Shown: positions 1 to 10,356, counted from the first letter of the stretch. The stretch is DNA of 64,000 nt from Verrucomicrobiota bacterium (GCA_049510745.1 JBEKYR010000012.1:1-64000), one strand, 5' to 3'. A program made the numbers and translations. The notes: a model not told the origin generated them from the letters alone.

Positions 1-43
1 CCCTACCAGATTTCGGGTGGTAGGGACGCGCTGCCGCGCGTCC
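1..43. repeat. REP-like palindrome cut by the window edge
   Basis: CCCTACC (1-7) is the inverse of GGTAGGG (19-25), followed by hairpin GGACGCG-CTGC-CGCGCGTCC. Confidence 0.5.
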
Positions 44-115
44 GGGGCGTAGAAGGGTCTTCATGAGCCAGCCGTGCATCCCGCGCGCGCGGAGATCAGA
101 GGCGCAAAGCGCGCC

Positions 116-916
116 TCACAGTTTCCCCAGCAGTTTCTTCCACCGTTCCCAGCTCTGGTCGCGGGCTTTTTTGTTGGCTTCCTGCGCGTCGGGTTGTTCG
201 CCGGCGCGCATGAAGCCATGGCCGGCGCCTTCGTACGTGACCGGCTCGTAGGTCTTGCCGGCGGCCTTCATCAGCTTCTCGCTTGCGGGAATGGTGGAGC
301 TGACCCGGTTGTCATTGCCGCCGTAAAAGCCATAGACGGGACACTTGATTTTCCCGATTTCCAGGGCGTTGGTGGGGCCGGTGCCGTAGAAGACAAACGC
401 CGCCTTCAAATCGGGCCGGTTGCAGGCGTAGCGGTAGGATTGCGTGCCGCCCCAGCAAAATCCCGCCACCGCGACTTTCCCGTTGGCCGACGGCAGCGCC
501 TTGACGTAATCGGCCACGGCATTGAGGTCGCCGGTGATTTGATCGGGGGGCAGCTTGAAGATGGCCGTCCGCACATCGTCCTGGCTCGAAAAATCGCTGC
601 TGCCGCCGCCTTTCGGACCCGCCCCTGAGAGCAAATCCGGCGCGATGGCAATGCAGCCCGCCGCGGCCAACTGGTCGGCCGTGTCCCGCACCCAGTCGGT
701 CAGCCCAAAAATTTCATGAATGGCAATGACGGCGGTGGCGGCGTCCTTGACTTCGGGATAAACGATGAAGCAACGAACGGCGCGCGAGCCGTTTTTGACT
801 TCAACCCACTCGCCGTGACGCGGCGATTGTTCCAGTCTGGCCTTGGCCCAGTCCTGGGCGGAGGCCGTAAGGCCGGCAACGAGCATGGCGAAACATACAA
901 CGGAATTTGCTCTCAT
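116..916 (-). CDS. Dienelactone hydrolase family alpha/beta hydrolase, secreted
   Basis: IHEIFGL, APDL, GFCWGG nucleophile elbow, GAGHGF; signal peptide after ATG at 916. Confidence 0.9.
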   Translation of the reverse strand: MRANSVVCFAMLVAGLTASAQDWAKARLEQSPRHGEWVEVKNGSRAVRCFIVYPEVKDAATAVIAIHEIFGLTDWVRDTADQLAAAGCIAIAPDLLSGAGPKGGGSSDFSSQDDVRTAIFKLPPDQITGDLNAVADYVKALPSANGKVAVAGFCWGGTQSYRYACNRPDLKAAFVFYGTGPTNALEIGKIKCPVYGFYGGNDNRVSSTIPASEKLMKAAGKTYEPVTYEGAGHGFMRAGEQPDAQEANKKARDQSWERWKKLLGKL

Positions 917-1002
917 ATTGGCAATGGAATCCCAGGAGTTGGGAAACGTCAATCTCGAAAATGACGGTGGCCAACGGCCGCCATCGCCGCTAGATTGGCG
1001 GC

Positions 1003-1254
1003 ATGAGTGTGAAACCCAGATCGGTCCGTCTCTTTGTCAAGCCGTGGTGCGGCTGGTGCCGCGAGGCGGCGGATTGGCTCGACGCCCGCGGCATCGCCTA
1101 CGAGAAACTCAATGTCTTCACCCATCCCGCCGCGCGCCGCGAGATGCGCGAGTTGTCCGGCCAGGGATTGGCGCCCGTGCTCGATGTGGATGGCCAGATT
1201 TTGGCTGACTTCGACACCGATCAATTGGCAGAATTCTGGAAGCGATTTGAATGA
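1003..1254 (+). CDS. Glutaredoxin/NrdH-like redoxin
   Basis: 83 aa, CGWC motif, cis-Pro loop APVL; stop overlaps the lipA start. Confidence 0.85.
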   Translation: MSVKPRSVRLFVKPWCGWCREAADWLDARGIAYEKLNVFTHPAARREMRELSGQGLAPVLDVDGQILADFDTDQLAEFWKRFE

Positions 1255-2165
1255 ATGCCTTGGCCAACACCGCCGATAGCTCCGCCCCGCCACGCCGCCG
1301 CCTGCCGGAATGGCTGCGCCTCCAATTGCCCACGGCGCCGGCCTTCGCCCGCACCCGCTCGTTGCTGGAGGAGCTGAATCTCCACACCGTTTGCGAAAGC
1401 GCCAAGTGCCCCAACCATTGGGAATGCTGGAGCAGGGACACCGCCGCCTTCATGATCGCCGGCGATCATTGCACCCGCGCCTGCGGCTTTTGCGCCGTCA
1501 AAACCGCCAGGCCCCTGCCTCTCGAACCCGATGAACCCGACCGCGTCGCCGAAGCCACCCGCCGCCTGGGCCTCAAACACATCGTCATCACCGCTGTCGC
1601 GCGCGACGATCTGCCCGACGGCGGCGCGGAACATTTTCGGCAAACCGTCGAGAAAGTGCGCGCACTCAATCCGGGCATCGTCATCGAGGTGCTGGTCCCC
1701 GATTTTCTGGATCGCGACGAATCGATCCGCGCGGTGTTGGCGGCCCGTCCCCACGTTTACAATCACAATCTGGAAACCGTCCGGCGCCTGACGCCTGCGG
1801 TGCGCCATCGGGCCACCTATGACCGCTCGTTGAGCGTGCTGGCGAAAGTCAAGAATTGGAGCGGCCGCGCCCTGCACACCAAGTCCGGCCTGATGCTCGG
1901 CCTGGGCGAAACGGAGGCGGAACTTTTCGAGGCGCTGGCCGACTTGCGGCGGGCGGGCTGCGACCTTCTCACCTTGGGCCAATACCTGCAACCGACGTTG
2001 CGGCATTTGCCGGTGGTCCAGTTCATTCCCCCGGAAACATTCGCCCGTTACAAGGAGGTGGCCTGCGGGATGGGCTTCCTGCATGTCGCCAGCGGACCGA
2101 TGGTGCGCAGTTCCTATCACGCCGACGAATTCCACCCGCCCGGCGCGTCGGCGCGCCAAGGGTAA
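1251..2165 (+). CDS. lipA: Lipoyl synthase (radical SAM)
   Basis: CESAKCPNHWEC, CTRACGFC, NHNLETV, C-terminal VRSSYHA. Confidence 0.97.
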   Translation: MNALANTADSSAPPRRRLPEWLRLQLPTAPAFARTRSLLEELNLHTVCESAKCPNHWECWSRDTAAFMIAGDHCTRACGFCAVKTARPLPLEPDEPDRVAEATRRLGLKHIVITAVARDDLPDGGAEHFRQTVEKVRALNPGIVIEVLVPDFLDRDESIRAVLAARPHVYNHNLETVRRLTPAVRHRATYDRSLSVLAKVKNWSGRALHTKSGLMLGLGETEAELFEALADLRRAGCDLLTLGQYLQPTLRHLPVVQFIPPETFARYKEVACGMGFLHVASGPMVRSSYHADEFHPPGASARQG

Positions 2166-2181
2166 GACAATCTGCCGACCC

Positions 2182-5100
2182 ATGTTCAGTCTGGATTCCC
2201 CAAGATTCCTCGACCTCTGCCAGCGGCGGTTTCATCCCGGCACACGCGCCAAGGGAGAGGAGATTCGCGCCGGCGGCAAAATTGTTTCTTGCGAGGTGAG
2301 CCGGAACGGCGCCCAGTACGAGATCGTCGCCCTGGTGCGGGGCACTTCGCCGGAGCCTTACGAGATCGACATCGAATGCGGCCTCCGGCTCAACACAGTC
2401 TTTTTGGACACGAGTTGCACATGCCCGATGATCGAGGATTGCAAGCACGCCTATGCCGCCCTCCTTCAAGCCACGGATCAGGAAACATCCGGGATTCCGC
2501 TGCCCCCGGCCCAAGAGCCTTCCAACATAGTGCCTCTGCCCGTGCCGCCGCCCCAGACTGAATTGTCCCCCGACTGGAAGGCCTGGCTGAAGCGGGTCGC
2601 AAAGGGAGCGCCGGACGAAATCGAAGACGCCGCTTCCACCTTTGCGCCGGAACAGACCTACCGCCTGTTCTTCATCCTCAAGCCGGCCAAGGCCCGCCAG
2701 TCCTTCGCGCTCGAATTCGTCCAGGGCCGATTGGCCCCCAACGGCGCGGTCAAATCCAAATGTCAAGTGTATCTGAACAGTATAATCAACGCGCCCGCCG
2801 GCGGCTGCGTTCTGCTGTCGGACCGGATTCTGGCCCGCAGAATTTTCCTGTCGCAGGCGGACAACCAATTTTTCGCCACCGAACTGCGGGGCAAGATGGG
2901 CGTCGAGTTGCTCCGGGAAATCCTCGCCACAGGCCGTTGTTATTGGAAGAACGTGACGGGCAAGGTTCCCGCCCTGACCCTCGGCCCGGCCCGCGCCGCC
3001 AGGCCGGTTTGGCGCGTCGATGATTGCGGCTGGCAGGAACCTGCCTTCGAGGTCACACCGCCCGCCGCCCTCCTGCCGTTCTCACCGCCATGGTATGTGG
3101 ATGAAAACCAGGGATTGTGCGGGCCGCTGGAAACGGGCCTACCGCCGGACGTGGCCGCCGAGTGGCTCTTCGCCCCGAAGCTGGCCCCGGACCAGTCCCA
3201 GTTGCTTTCTCAACAATTGCCCGACCACATCGCCTCCCTGCCGCTGCCGGCCCAAATCGAACTCGAAATCACTCCGCCGGCGCCGCCCGTGCCGTGCCTG
3301 CGCTTGTCCACGACCGGGCGCCCGGAGACGGCCACCTACTTTGACGAAGACGAGCCGGAACCGACGCACCTGGCGCATTTGGAATTCGACTATTCCGGCT
3401 CTCGCGTTTCCCCCCAGTCGCCGCAAGCCGTCACGGATCGGTTCGAAAACAACCGCTTGCGGCGCATCACGCGCGATTTCAAATCCGAGCAAGCCGCGTT
3501 GCGGCTCATGGAGAAGATGGGGTTTGAACCCGCAACGGCCGTTTATTATATCCGCTCGCAGAAGATGGCCGATGATTGGGCCTTCTACGAGGAGGGCGAA
3601 TGGCTCGATTTCGTTTTTCAGCATCTGCCGAAGTTGCAGGCCCAAGGCTGGCGCATCGAGATCGACCCGGACTTTGCTTTCCGCATGGCCCAACCGGAGG
3701 AGTGGTACGCCGACGCCCAGGGGGAAAGCGGCGTCGATTGGTTCAACGCCGAAATCGGCGTTCAACTGGACGGGCAAAAGGTCAACTTGCTCCCCATCCT
3801 CATGGATTTTTTCGCGGAAAGGAAAGACCTCTTCGGCGCCGCGGCCCTTTCCCAACTCGATGAGAAGGGCCTGTTCCTGGTGCCCTTGCCCGACGGCCGG
3901 CGCCTGCCCTTTCCCGTGTCCCGCCTCAAAGTCATGCTCAACGTCCTGCTGGACCTCTTCGAGCCGAAGTCGCTCGATGAGCAGGGGCGGATGCGCTTGA
4001 CACGCCTGCGCGCGGCGGAGTTGTCCGGCGCGGCTGACGGCACCGCCTGGCGCTGGCTGGGCGGCGACGCCTTGCGCCAACTCAACGGGAAACTGCGCGA
4101 TTTCCGGTCCATTCGACCGGTGCCTCCGCCGCAAGGTCTGCAAGCCAGCCTGCGCGGCTACCAGCAAGAGGGCCTCAATTGGCTGCAATTCCTCCGCGAC
4201 TACGGCCTGGGCGGCATCCTGGCCGATGACATGGGCCTGGGCAAAACCGTCCAGGCCCTGGCCCATCTGCTGGAGGAAAAAAACAGCGGCCGCGCCGACC
4301 GCCCCAGCCTGGTCGTCGCCCCCACCAGCCTGATGACCAACTGGCGCCAGGAAACCGAGCGGTTTGCCCCCGCCCTCAAGCTCCTGGTGCTGCACGGCCA
4401 GGACCGCAAGGAGCACTTCGAGAAACTGCGCGACTACGACCTCATCGTCACCTCCTATCCCCTTCTGCCCCGCGACGAGGCCGTCCTCCTCAAGGAACAA
4501 TTCCACCTGGTTATACTTGACGAAGCCCAGTTCATCAAGAACCCCAAGACCAAGTACGCCCAGATCGTCTGCCAGTTGCGCGCCCGCCATCCCCTCTGCC
4601 TCACCGGCACCCCCATGGAAAACCACCTCGGCGAACTCTGGTCCCAGTTCAACTTCCTCCTCCCCGGTTTCCTGGGCGACGAAGCCCGCTTTCGCAAGCT
4701 CTTCCGCAACCCGATTGAAAAGGGCGGCGACACCGACCGCCGCGAGATGCTGGCCCGGCGCATCGCCCCCTTTGTCCTGCGCCGGCGCAAGGAGCAGGTC
4801 GCCCGGGAATTGCCGCCGAAAACCGAGATCACCCAGAACGTCGAGCTGGCCGGCGCCCAGCGCGACCTCTACGAAACCATCCGCCTGGCCATGCACGCCC
4901 GTGTTCAGGAGGAAGTCCGGAACAAGGGCCTGTCGCGCTCGCATATTATTATTCTTGACGCCCTCCTCAAGCTCCGCCAGGTCTGCTGCGACCCGCGCCT
5001 GGTCAAGCTCGACGCCGCCCGCGCCGTGGCCGAGTCGGCCAAGCTGGAGTTGTTGATGGACCTGGTGCCCGAAATGCTGGCCGAAGGCCGCCGCATCCTG

Positions 5101-5547
5101 TTGTTCTCGCAATTCACCAGCATGCTGGCGCTCATTCAGGAGGAACTGGCCAGGCAAACCATCCCCTTCGTCCTGCTGACCGGGGACACGGTGGATCGCG
5201 CCACACCCATCCAGCGTTTCCAGAGCGGCCAGGTTCCCCTCTTTCTCATCAGCCTCAAGGCCGGCGGCACCGGCCTGAACCTCACCGCCGCCGACACCGT
5301 CATCCATTACGATCCCTGGTGGAATCCCGCCGTCGAGACCCAGGCCACCGACCGCGCCCACCGCATCGGCCAGACCAAGTCCGTTTTCGTTTACAAACTG
5401 ATTACGGTGGGGACTGTCGAGGAGAAAATCCTCGCCCTGCAAACCCGCAAGCGCGACCTGGTCGAAGGTTTGTTGAACGAAAGCCGCAAGGAGATGCCGC
5501 AACTGACGCCGGAAGATTTGCAAGTGCTCTTCGCCCCGCTCGGCTGA
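2182..5547 (+). CDS. SWIM zinc finger-SNF2 family helicase
   Basis: SWIM CTC..CKH; LADDMGLGKT, LDEAQ, LTGTPMEN, FSQFT, DPWWNP, QATDRAHRIGQ; start moved to ATG 2182 to avoid overlap with lipA. Confidence 0.93.
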   Translation: MFSLDSPRFLDLCQRRFHPGTRAKGEEIRAGGKIVSCEVSRNGAQYEIVALVRGTSPEPYEIDIECGLRLNTVFLDTSCTCPMIEDCKHAYAALLQATDQETSGIPLPPAQEPSNIVPLPVPPPQTELSPDWKAWLKRVAKGAPDEIEDAASTFAPEQTYRLFFILKPAKARQSFALEFVQGRLAPNGAVKSKCQVYLNSIINAPAGGCVLLSDRILARRIFLSQADNQFFATELRGKMGVELLREILATGRCYWKNVTGKVPALTLGPARAARPVWRVDDCGWQEPAFEVTPPAALLPFSPPWYVDENQGLCGPLETGLPPDVAAEWLFAPKLAPDQSQLLSQQLPDHIASLPLPAQIELEITPPAPPVPCLRLSTTGRPETATYFDEDEPEPTHLAHLEFDYSGSRVSPQSPQAVTDRFENNRLRRITRDFKSEQAALRLMEKMGFEPATAVYYIRSQKMADDWAFYEEGEWLDFVFQHLPKLQAQGWRIEIDPDFAFRMAQPEEWYADAQGESGVDWFNAEIGVQLDGQKVNLLPILMDFFAERKDLFGAAALSQLDEKGLFLVPLPDGRRLPFPVSRLKVMLNVLLDLFEPKSLDEQGRMRLTRLRAAELSGAADGTAWRWLGGDALRQLNGKLRDFRSIRPVPPPQGLQASLRGYQQEGLNWLQFLRDYGLGGILADDMGLGKTVQALAHLLEEKNSGRADRPSLVVAPTSLMTNWRQETERFAPALKLLVLHGQDRKEHFEKLRDYDLIVTSYPLLPRDEAVLLKEQFHLVILDEAQFIKNPKTKYAQIVCQLRARHPLCLTGTPMENHLGELWSQFNFLLPGFLGDEARFRKLFRNPIEKGGDTDRREMLARRIAPFVLRRRKEQVARELPPKTEITQNVELAGAQRDLYETIRLAMHARVQEEVRNKGLSRSHIIILDALLKLRQVCCDPRLVKLDAARAVAESAKLELLMDLVPEMLAEGRRILLFSQFTSMLALIQEELARQTIPFVLLTGDTVDRATPIQRFQSGQVPLFLISLKAGGTGLNLTAADTVIHYDPWWNPAVETQATDRAHRIGQTKSVFVYKLITVGTVEEKILALQTRKRDLVEGLLNESRKEMPQLTPEDLQVLFAPLG

Positions 5548-5609
5548 CCGCCTTCGGTCCCTTTCGGCACAATCGGTCGGCGCTGACGCACCGCGCCAGA
5601 ACCGGATTT

Positions 5610-5675
5610 GACCACGGATTTCACTGATGACACGGATAGAAAATGACATCCGTGAAATCCGTGAAATCCGTGGTC
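5610..5675. repeat. Inverted repeat built from 9-bp periodic units (CACGGATTT / AAATCCGTG)
   Basis: GACCACGGATTTCACTGATGACACGGAT ... ATCCGTGAAATCCGTGAAATCCGTGGTC. Confidence 0.8.
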
Positions 5676-5762
5676 TTTCTCAGTCCTGACGGAGGGAAGC
5701 GGCGAAAATTTCAGCGGGGAGCCATCTCTTCCGCCAAACTATATTGCACTGCCGAGTTTTGC

Positions 5763-5915
5763 AGCCCGGCCATTTATGGCCGGGAACAACGCGATCCTAT
5801 TTTCCAAGTCCCGTCAGGGACGAAAGAAATCCACGGTCGTGCGAACATTTCTTTCGTCCCTGACGGGACTTGATTGGTTTGTTGGACGCTTTACCCAGCC
5901 ATAAATGGCTGGGCT
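5763..5915. repeat. Nested REP/REPIN (MITE-like) palindromic element
   Basis: Perfect 26-bp inverted repeat 5805-5830/5847-5872 inside 22-bp outer arms 5763-5784/5894-5915 (20/22 match), each arm self-palindromic. Confidence 0.85.
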
Positions 5916-5919
5916 ATTT

Positions 5920-6054
5920 TCAAAGCAAGGGCTTCCGCGCTGCGTTGGCTTCCGCCTCGGCTTTCCTGAAATTCAAATCCGGTTGGTGGTCGGGATGCTC
6001 GGCGCGCTGCGTCTGGTTCAACAAGCCTTCGATGGTCAGCAGCACACGCGGATA
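5920..6054 (-). pseudogene. Start-less C-terminal remnant resembling DNA methyltransferase/restriction fusion proteins
   Basis: Manual translation YPRVLLTIEGLLNQTQRAEHPDHQPDLNFRKAEAEANAARKPLL*; in-frame stop a few codons upstream. Confidence 0.5.
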
Positions 6055-6224
6055 TGATCGTCGCGTTTGTCGCCAAGGTCATCCCACTTGAGCTTATGAA
6101 GCGTCAGGCCCAGGAACCTGGCGTTTTTGGGTGGGTTGCCGGCGTCGGCCCGTTGCGCCGGTTTGTCCCTGTCGCCTAAACATCCCCCGATTTCCCAGCG
6201 CCGGGCCGGATCAGAAGAAACGCA

Positions 6225-6250
6225 TCCGCCTTCGCCGTGGCTACGGCGGA
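6225..6250. repeat. REP-like hairpin
   Basis: TCCGCC-TTCGCCGTGGCTAC-GGCGGA. Confidence 0.45.
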
Positions 6251-6339
6251 CGAGAAGGGATAGGGCGCGAAGACGCAAAGCAAAGCTGGCTTCCTTGCGT
6301 CCCCACGCGCCCAGTAAAGAATAACGGTCCTGCGCTTGC

Positions 6340-6948
6340 TTACGCGGCGCGGCGGCGGAGGAACCGCCCCAAGCCGCACAGACCAAAGAGCGTCGCGGTC
6401 ACGGTTGCCATCCCAGGTCCCGCGTCGGGAACGGTCGCGGCCGTCACGCTCACGTCATCGAGAGCGATGTAAGACGGCGCGTTTCGTCCGGCAAAGGCAA
6501 TGGTAGTTGGCCCCGTGGCCGTTTCAACGAAGTTGTAATCCGTCCAACCAAAATCTCCGATGGCGGGATCGATTTGTAGAACCGTGCTGTTCCCCCAACT
6601 GACGTCAAGATACGAGCCATTTTTCCCTTCCACGCTGTTCACCCAAAAGTTGAAGTCATACGTAACTCCGTTGACCGTCGGCACGGTCTGGGACAGAGTA
6701 TCATTTAAACCTTCATTGGCTCCGAATCCGGCCAGGTAATTCCCGCTGTGAGGGAATTGGCCACCGTATTGGGCCGGGATTTCGGTCAGGATTTGGAAGC
6801 CGCTTCCCGAGGCCGCCGGGGTCAAGGTCCAGTCGGTGGTGTTTCCGGTTTCAAAACCGGGATTTTGAACCAGATTTTGCGCCTGGCTTGCCACGGCGGC
6901 AAACACCGAAGTCAGCGCCAACGAAAGCAGTTTCCGAGAATGTGTCAT
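6340..6948 (-). CDS. Secreted PEP-CTERM (VPDxG-CTERM) protein with carbohydrate-binding-like domain
   Basis: Signal peptide, NLVQNPGFETG start of a CBM-like fold, C-terminal VPDAG + hydrophobic helix + RRR. Confidence 0.85.
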   Translation of the reverse strand: MTHSRKLLSLALTSVFAAVASQAQNLVQNPGFETGNTTDWTLTPAASGSGFQILTEIPAQYGGQFPHSGNYLAGFGANEGLNDTLSQTVPTVNGVTYDFNFWVNSVEGKNGSYLDVSWGNSTVLQIDPAIGDFGWTDYNFVETATGPTTIAFAGRNAPSYIALDDVSVTAATVPDAGPGMATVTATLFGLCGLGRFLRRRAA

Positions 6949-7378
6949 AATCTTTTAGGTTTTTGTTTTCAGCATGTTGTCACCCAAGGCGTCATAAAAC
7001 CTCTTAGGCAGAACATATTTGGCTCGCACCAGCAAACCTTATGCAAAATTATTAGCATACATTATTCCAATTCCAGCCATCCACTGATTCTCGGATGCGT
7101 AAAACGTGTAAGACTCTGATTCTCAACATGTTCTAAGCATCATAATTCTGCCGCACGATGCCCAGACTTCACGATGCTTTCCTGGTAAACTGTAAACAAT
7201 CCCGACGCCCGTGCTGCGAATCATCTCAATTCATGTTCATAAGCAATTGAACATAAACTGCATGCATACTATTCACAAAACCGTCAACCTTCCTTACGCT
7301 TGGGCGGGTACCCGGCAACGGCCCTGGCGAAAAACGCCGGTGTGCTTCCGCCGAGAATAGTGTATCGTCAATTCCAGG

Positions 7379-8767
7379 ATGGTTGTGCTTGGCCTGATTG
7401 TGACCGTCGCGGGCGTTTGGGTGCCCGCTTCCAATTTGCGGGAGCGGCTGCCGAGATCGCAGGCGGCGGTTTTGCGCCGGTGGCTCCGCCTCTGGGCCAT
7501 CAAGGGATGGGCCGCACCGGTTTTGCTCTGGCTGATTTTTAACACGAGTTTTTCCGACTCGTTTCCTCCCCTGATGGCGCAAATTCAAGCGGCGCCGCGC
7601 GGTCTGGCCACGGTGGCGGCCTTTCTCGAGGTGGCGGGGATCGGTTTCTGCGTCATCGCTTCTTATTGGGCGGCGGTTACTTTGGGATGGTTGTTGCGGG
7701 TGCTGGAGGCGCAGGCGTTGGACCGGCTTCAATTCAGACGCACCGTGCTGGAATTGTCTGTTTTCCTGGTGCCGCTGGCCGTGCTGATCGTCTGCGCTTT
7801 TGGCGTGGAATCTGCCGGAGTGGCCGGCGTGGTTTGGCTGGGGCCGATTGTGCAAACGGTCATCCCCCTGGTTTTCCGGGAGAGAACCGCGCCGCTCTAT
7901 ACCCGCGCGATAATCAAAATGCTCGGGGACAAGCACCGGGAGGCCGAATTGGCCGTGATCGAGGAATTGGAACAATGGGAGGATGATTTCAACGGCTGGT
8001 TGATGCTGGCCGAGCTTTACGCCAATCACTTCGACGATCTGGCCGGGGCCGATCGAGTCATCCGCGACACTTGCGCGCAAGCCAGCACCAGCGCCTCCGA
8101 GGTTTGCGTCGCCTTCAATCGTTTGGCCGACTGGCACTTGAACCTGGCCGACGACCCGGTCGCCGCGCGCGAGGCCCTGGAGGAAATCTGCCGGCGCTTC
8201 CCGGAAACCCACATGGGCCGGATGGCCCGGCAGCGCATCAATCAATTGCCCGCCAGCCGGGAAGAACTGATCGCCCAGCGAACCCCCAAACCGATCCGGC
8301 TCCCCGCCCTGGGCAGCACCCTCGACCATCCCGCCGGCGTCCCAGCCTCGCGCTCCGAACGGAGAGAAGCGGCCGACCGAGCGAACGAGTGCGTGCAGAA
8401 GCTCCAAAAAAATCCCGACGACATGGCTGTCCGGGAAGAACTGGCCCGGATTCTGGCCGAACGCCTGGACAAGGCCGGCGCCGCCATCGAGCAGATCGAA
8501 CTGCTGTTGAACATGCCGGAGGCGTCCGCCAGCCAGGCCGCCCGGTGGATGGGACTGGTGGCGGCCTGGCAAATCAAGTATCAGGGCGATGTCCAAAAAG
8601 GCCGCGAGACCATGGAACGGTTGGTCCGCCTTTATCCGCAAAGCACCGAGGCTTTCGGGGCCCAACGCCGGCTTGCCCTGATGGAATTGGAGGCCAAAAT
8701 CCGCGCCGCGCGCTCCGCCGCCAATCCCGCGCGGGAGAAACCCATCTCGTTGTCGCTCTCGTTTTGA
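7379..8767 (+). CDS. Multi-pass membrane protein with C-terminal TPR-like helical region
   Basis: About 5 hydrophobic segments, then TPR-like repeats (AREALEEICRRFPET, GRETMERLVRLYPQS). Confidence 0.7.
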   Translation: MVVLGLIVTVAGVWVPASNLRERLPRSQAAVLRRWLRLWAIKGWAAPVLLWLIFNTSFSDSFPPLMAQIQAAPRGLATVAAFLEVAGIGFCVIASYWAAVTLGWLLRVLEAQALDRLQFRRTVLELSVFLVPLAVLIVCAFGVESAGVAGVVWLGPIVQTVIPLVFRERTAPLYTRAIIKMLGDKHREAELAVIEELEQWEDDFNGWLMLAELYANHFDDLAGADRVIRDTCAQASTSASEVCVAFNRLADWHLNLADDPVAAREALEEICRRFPETHMGRMARQRINQLPASREELIAQRTPKPIRLPALGSTLDHPAGVPASRSERREAADRANECVQKLQKNPDDMAVREELARILAERLDKAGAAIEQIELLLNMPEASASQAARWMGLVAAWQIKYQGDVQKGRETMERLVRLYPQSTEAFGAQRRLALMELEAKIRAARSAANPAREKPISLSLSF

Positions 8768-8793
8768 GGCCGCTTCTCCCCGCCTGTCATCGC

Positions 8794-10326
8794 TTAATCC
8801 GTCCGGCTGGTGAAGCGGCGGTGCCGGGTGAAGACCGGGCGCAAGGCCAGCGATAATTCGTCCTGGATGGATTGCAACTCGCGATAGACCGAGACGGCGG
8901 CCTTGGCCGGGCGCGCGATCTCGCTCTTGTTCAAACGCACGAAACGCGCAGTGATGTCGTTGATCTTGACGCGTTCGCCGCGCTGCTGGCGCCAGCACCA
9001 CAGGGCCTGCAGGGCCGCCCCGTAGGCGGCGCCTTCGCTCACTTTGATGGTGACGACTTCCGCGTCGAAAACATCGGCCATGATCTGCCGCCAGAATTTG
9101 GATTTGGCCCCGCCGCCGGTGACGCGGATTTGGCGCGGCTTGACGCCCAGTTCGCGCAGGCGGCGCAAGCCGTAATTCATCCCCAGCGTGACTCCTTCCA
9201 TGGCGGCGCGCGAGAAATGAGCGGCGGTGAAAGTTTTCTGGTTGGCGCCCAGCCAAACGCCAGTGCCGTGCGGGACGTTGGGGGTGCGCTCGCCTTCCAG
9301 GTAAGGCAGCAGGAGCAGGCCGCCGGAGCCGGCCGGGGCCTTGGCCGCCTCGGCCGCGAACTGCTCGTGAGTCAAGCCGAAATCCGCGCGCACCATTTCG
9401 GTCGCGACGGTCACGTTCATGGTGCAGAGCAGCGGCAGCCAGCGGTTGGTGGAATCGCAGAAGGCGGCGATTTCCCCCAGCGGATCAATGACCGGCCGTT
9501 CCGAGCAGGCGTAAATCGTGCCGCTGGTGCCGAAGCTGGCCGTGACCACGCCCGCCAGCGTGTTGCCCGTGCCGATGGCCCCCATCATGTTGTCGCCGCC
9601 GCCGGCGCTGACCAGGACTTTCGTGCCCAGGCCCAGTTCGCGCGCCGTTTCGTCGCGCAAATGCCCGGCGGGCTGGTCGCTGCCGATCAGCGGGGGCAAA
9701 GCGCGCTCCAACTCCGGGTCGATGGCCTGGAGGACGGCGCGGGACCACTGGCGCTTTTTCACGTCGAGCAGGGCGGTGCCGCTGGCGTCGCCAAATTCCA
9801 TGACCTTGTTGCCTGTCAACCAGAAATTCAAGTAATCGTGCGGCAGCAGCACGGTGGCCAGGCGGGCAAAATTCTTCGGCTCCTTGCGTTTGAGCCAGAG
9901 AATTTTGGAAGCGGTGAAGCCGGGCAGGATGGCGTTGCCGATTTCCTCGATGGCCGCCTTGACGCCGCCCAGTTTTTGCGTGATTAGGTCGCACTCCGCC
10001 GCGGTCGAAGTGTCGCACCAAAGTTTGGCGGGCCGAATGACTTCGCCCTCCTTGTCCAGGGGCACAAAGCCGTGCTGCTGGCCGCTGACGCCGATGGCGG
10101 CGACTTCGCCGGCGGAAGCGCCGGCCTTCTTGAGGGCGTCGCGGATGGCTTTGGCGGCGGCATCGCGCCAGGTGCGGGGATGCTGCTCCTTGGCGCCGGG
10201 GGGCAGGCCGGGGATCAAATCATAAGCGCGCGCCGCCTCGCCGACGACGGCGCCGTCGCGGGCATTGACGACCAGGACTTTGGTGGACTGGGTGCCACTA
10301 TCGATGCCAAGAATAAGGGTGCGCAT
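8794..10326 (-). CDS. xylB: Xylulokinase (FGGY family)
   Basis: GIDSGTQSTK, SGQQHG, LWCD, GGGDN, GERTP, TGGGAKS. Confidence 0.92.
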   Translation of the reverse strand: MRTLILGIDSGTQSTKVLVVNARDGAVVGEAARAYDLIPGLPPGAKEQHPRTWRDAAAKAIRDALKKAGASAGEVAAIGVSGQQHGFVPLDKEGEVIRPAKLWCDTSTAAECDLITQKLGGVKAAIEEIGNAILPGFTASKILWLKRKEPKNFARLATVLLPHDYLNFWLTGNKVMEFGDASGTALLDVKKRQWSRAVLQAIDPELERALPPLIGSDQPAGHLRDETARELGLGTKVLVSAGGGDNMMGAIGTGNTLAGVVTASFGTSGTIYACSERPVIDPLGEIAAFCDSTNRWLPLLCTMNVTVATEMVRADFGLTHEQFAAEAAKAPAGSGGLLLLPYLEGERTPNVPHGTGVWLGANQKTFTAAHFSRAAMEGVTLGMNYGLRRLRELGVKPRQIRVTGGGAKSKFWRQIMADVFDAEVVTIKVSEGAAYGAALQALWCWRQQRGERVKINDITARFVRLNKSEIARPAKAAVSVYRELQSIQDELSLALRPVFTRHRRFTSRTD

Positions 10327-10356
10327 AAGCAAAAAAACTGGGAGGTTCGAGCCGGT

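Noticed and set aside
3139..5649. Long antisense ORFs (also 7226-9256, 22108-23877, 25023-27491, 43062-44930, 61669-63627)
   Set aside because: Shadow frames of real genes in GC-rich DNA with no motifs
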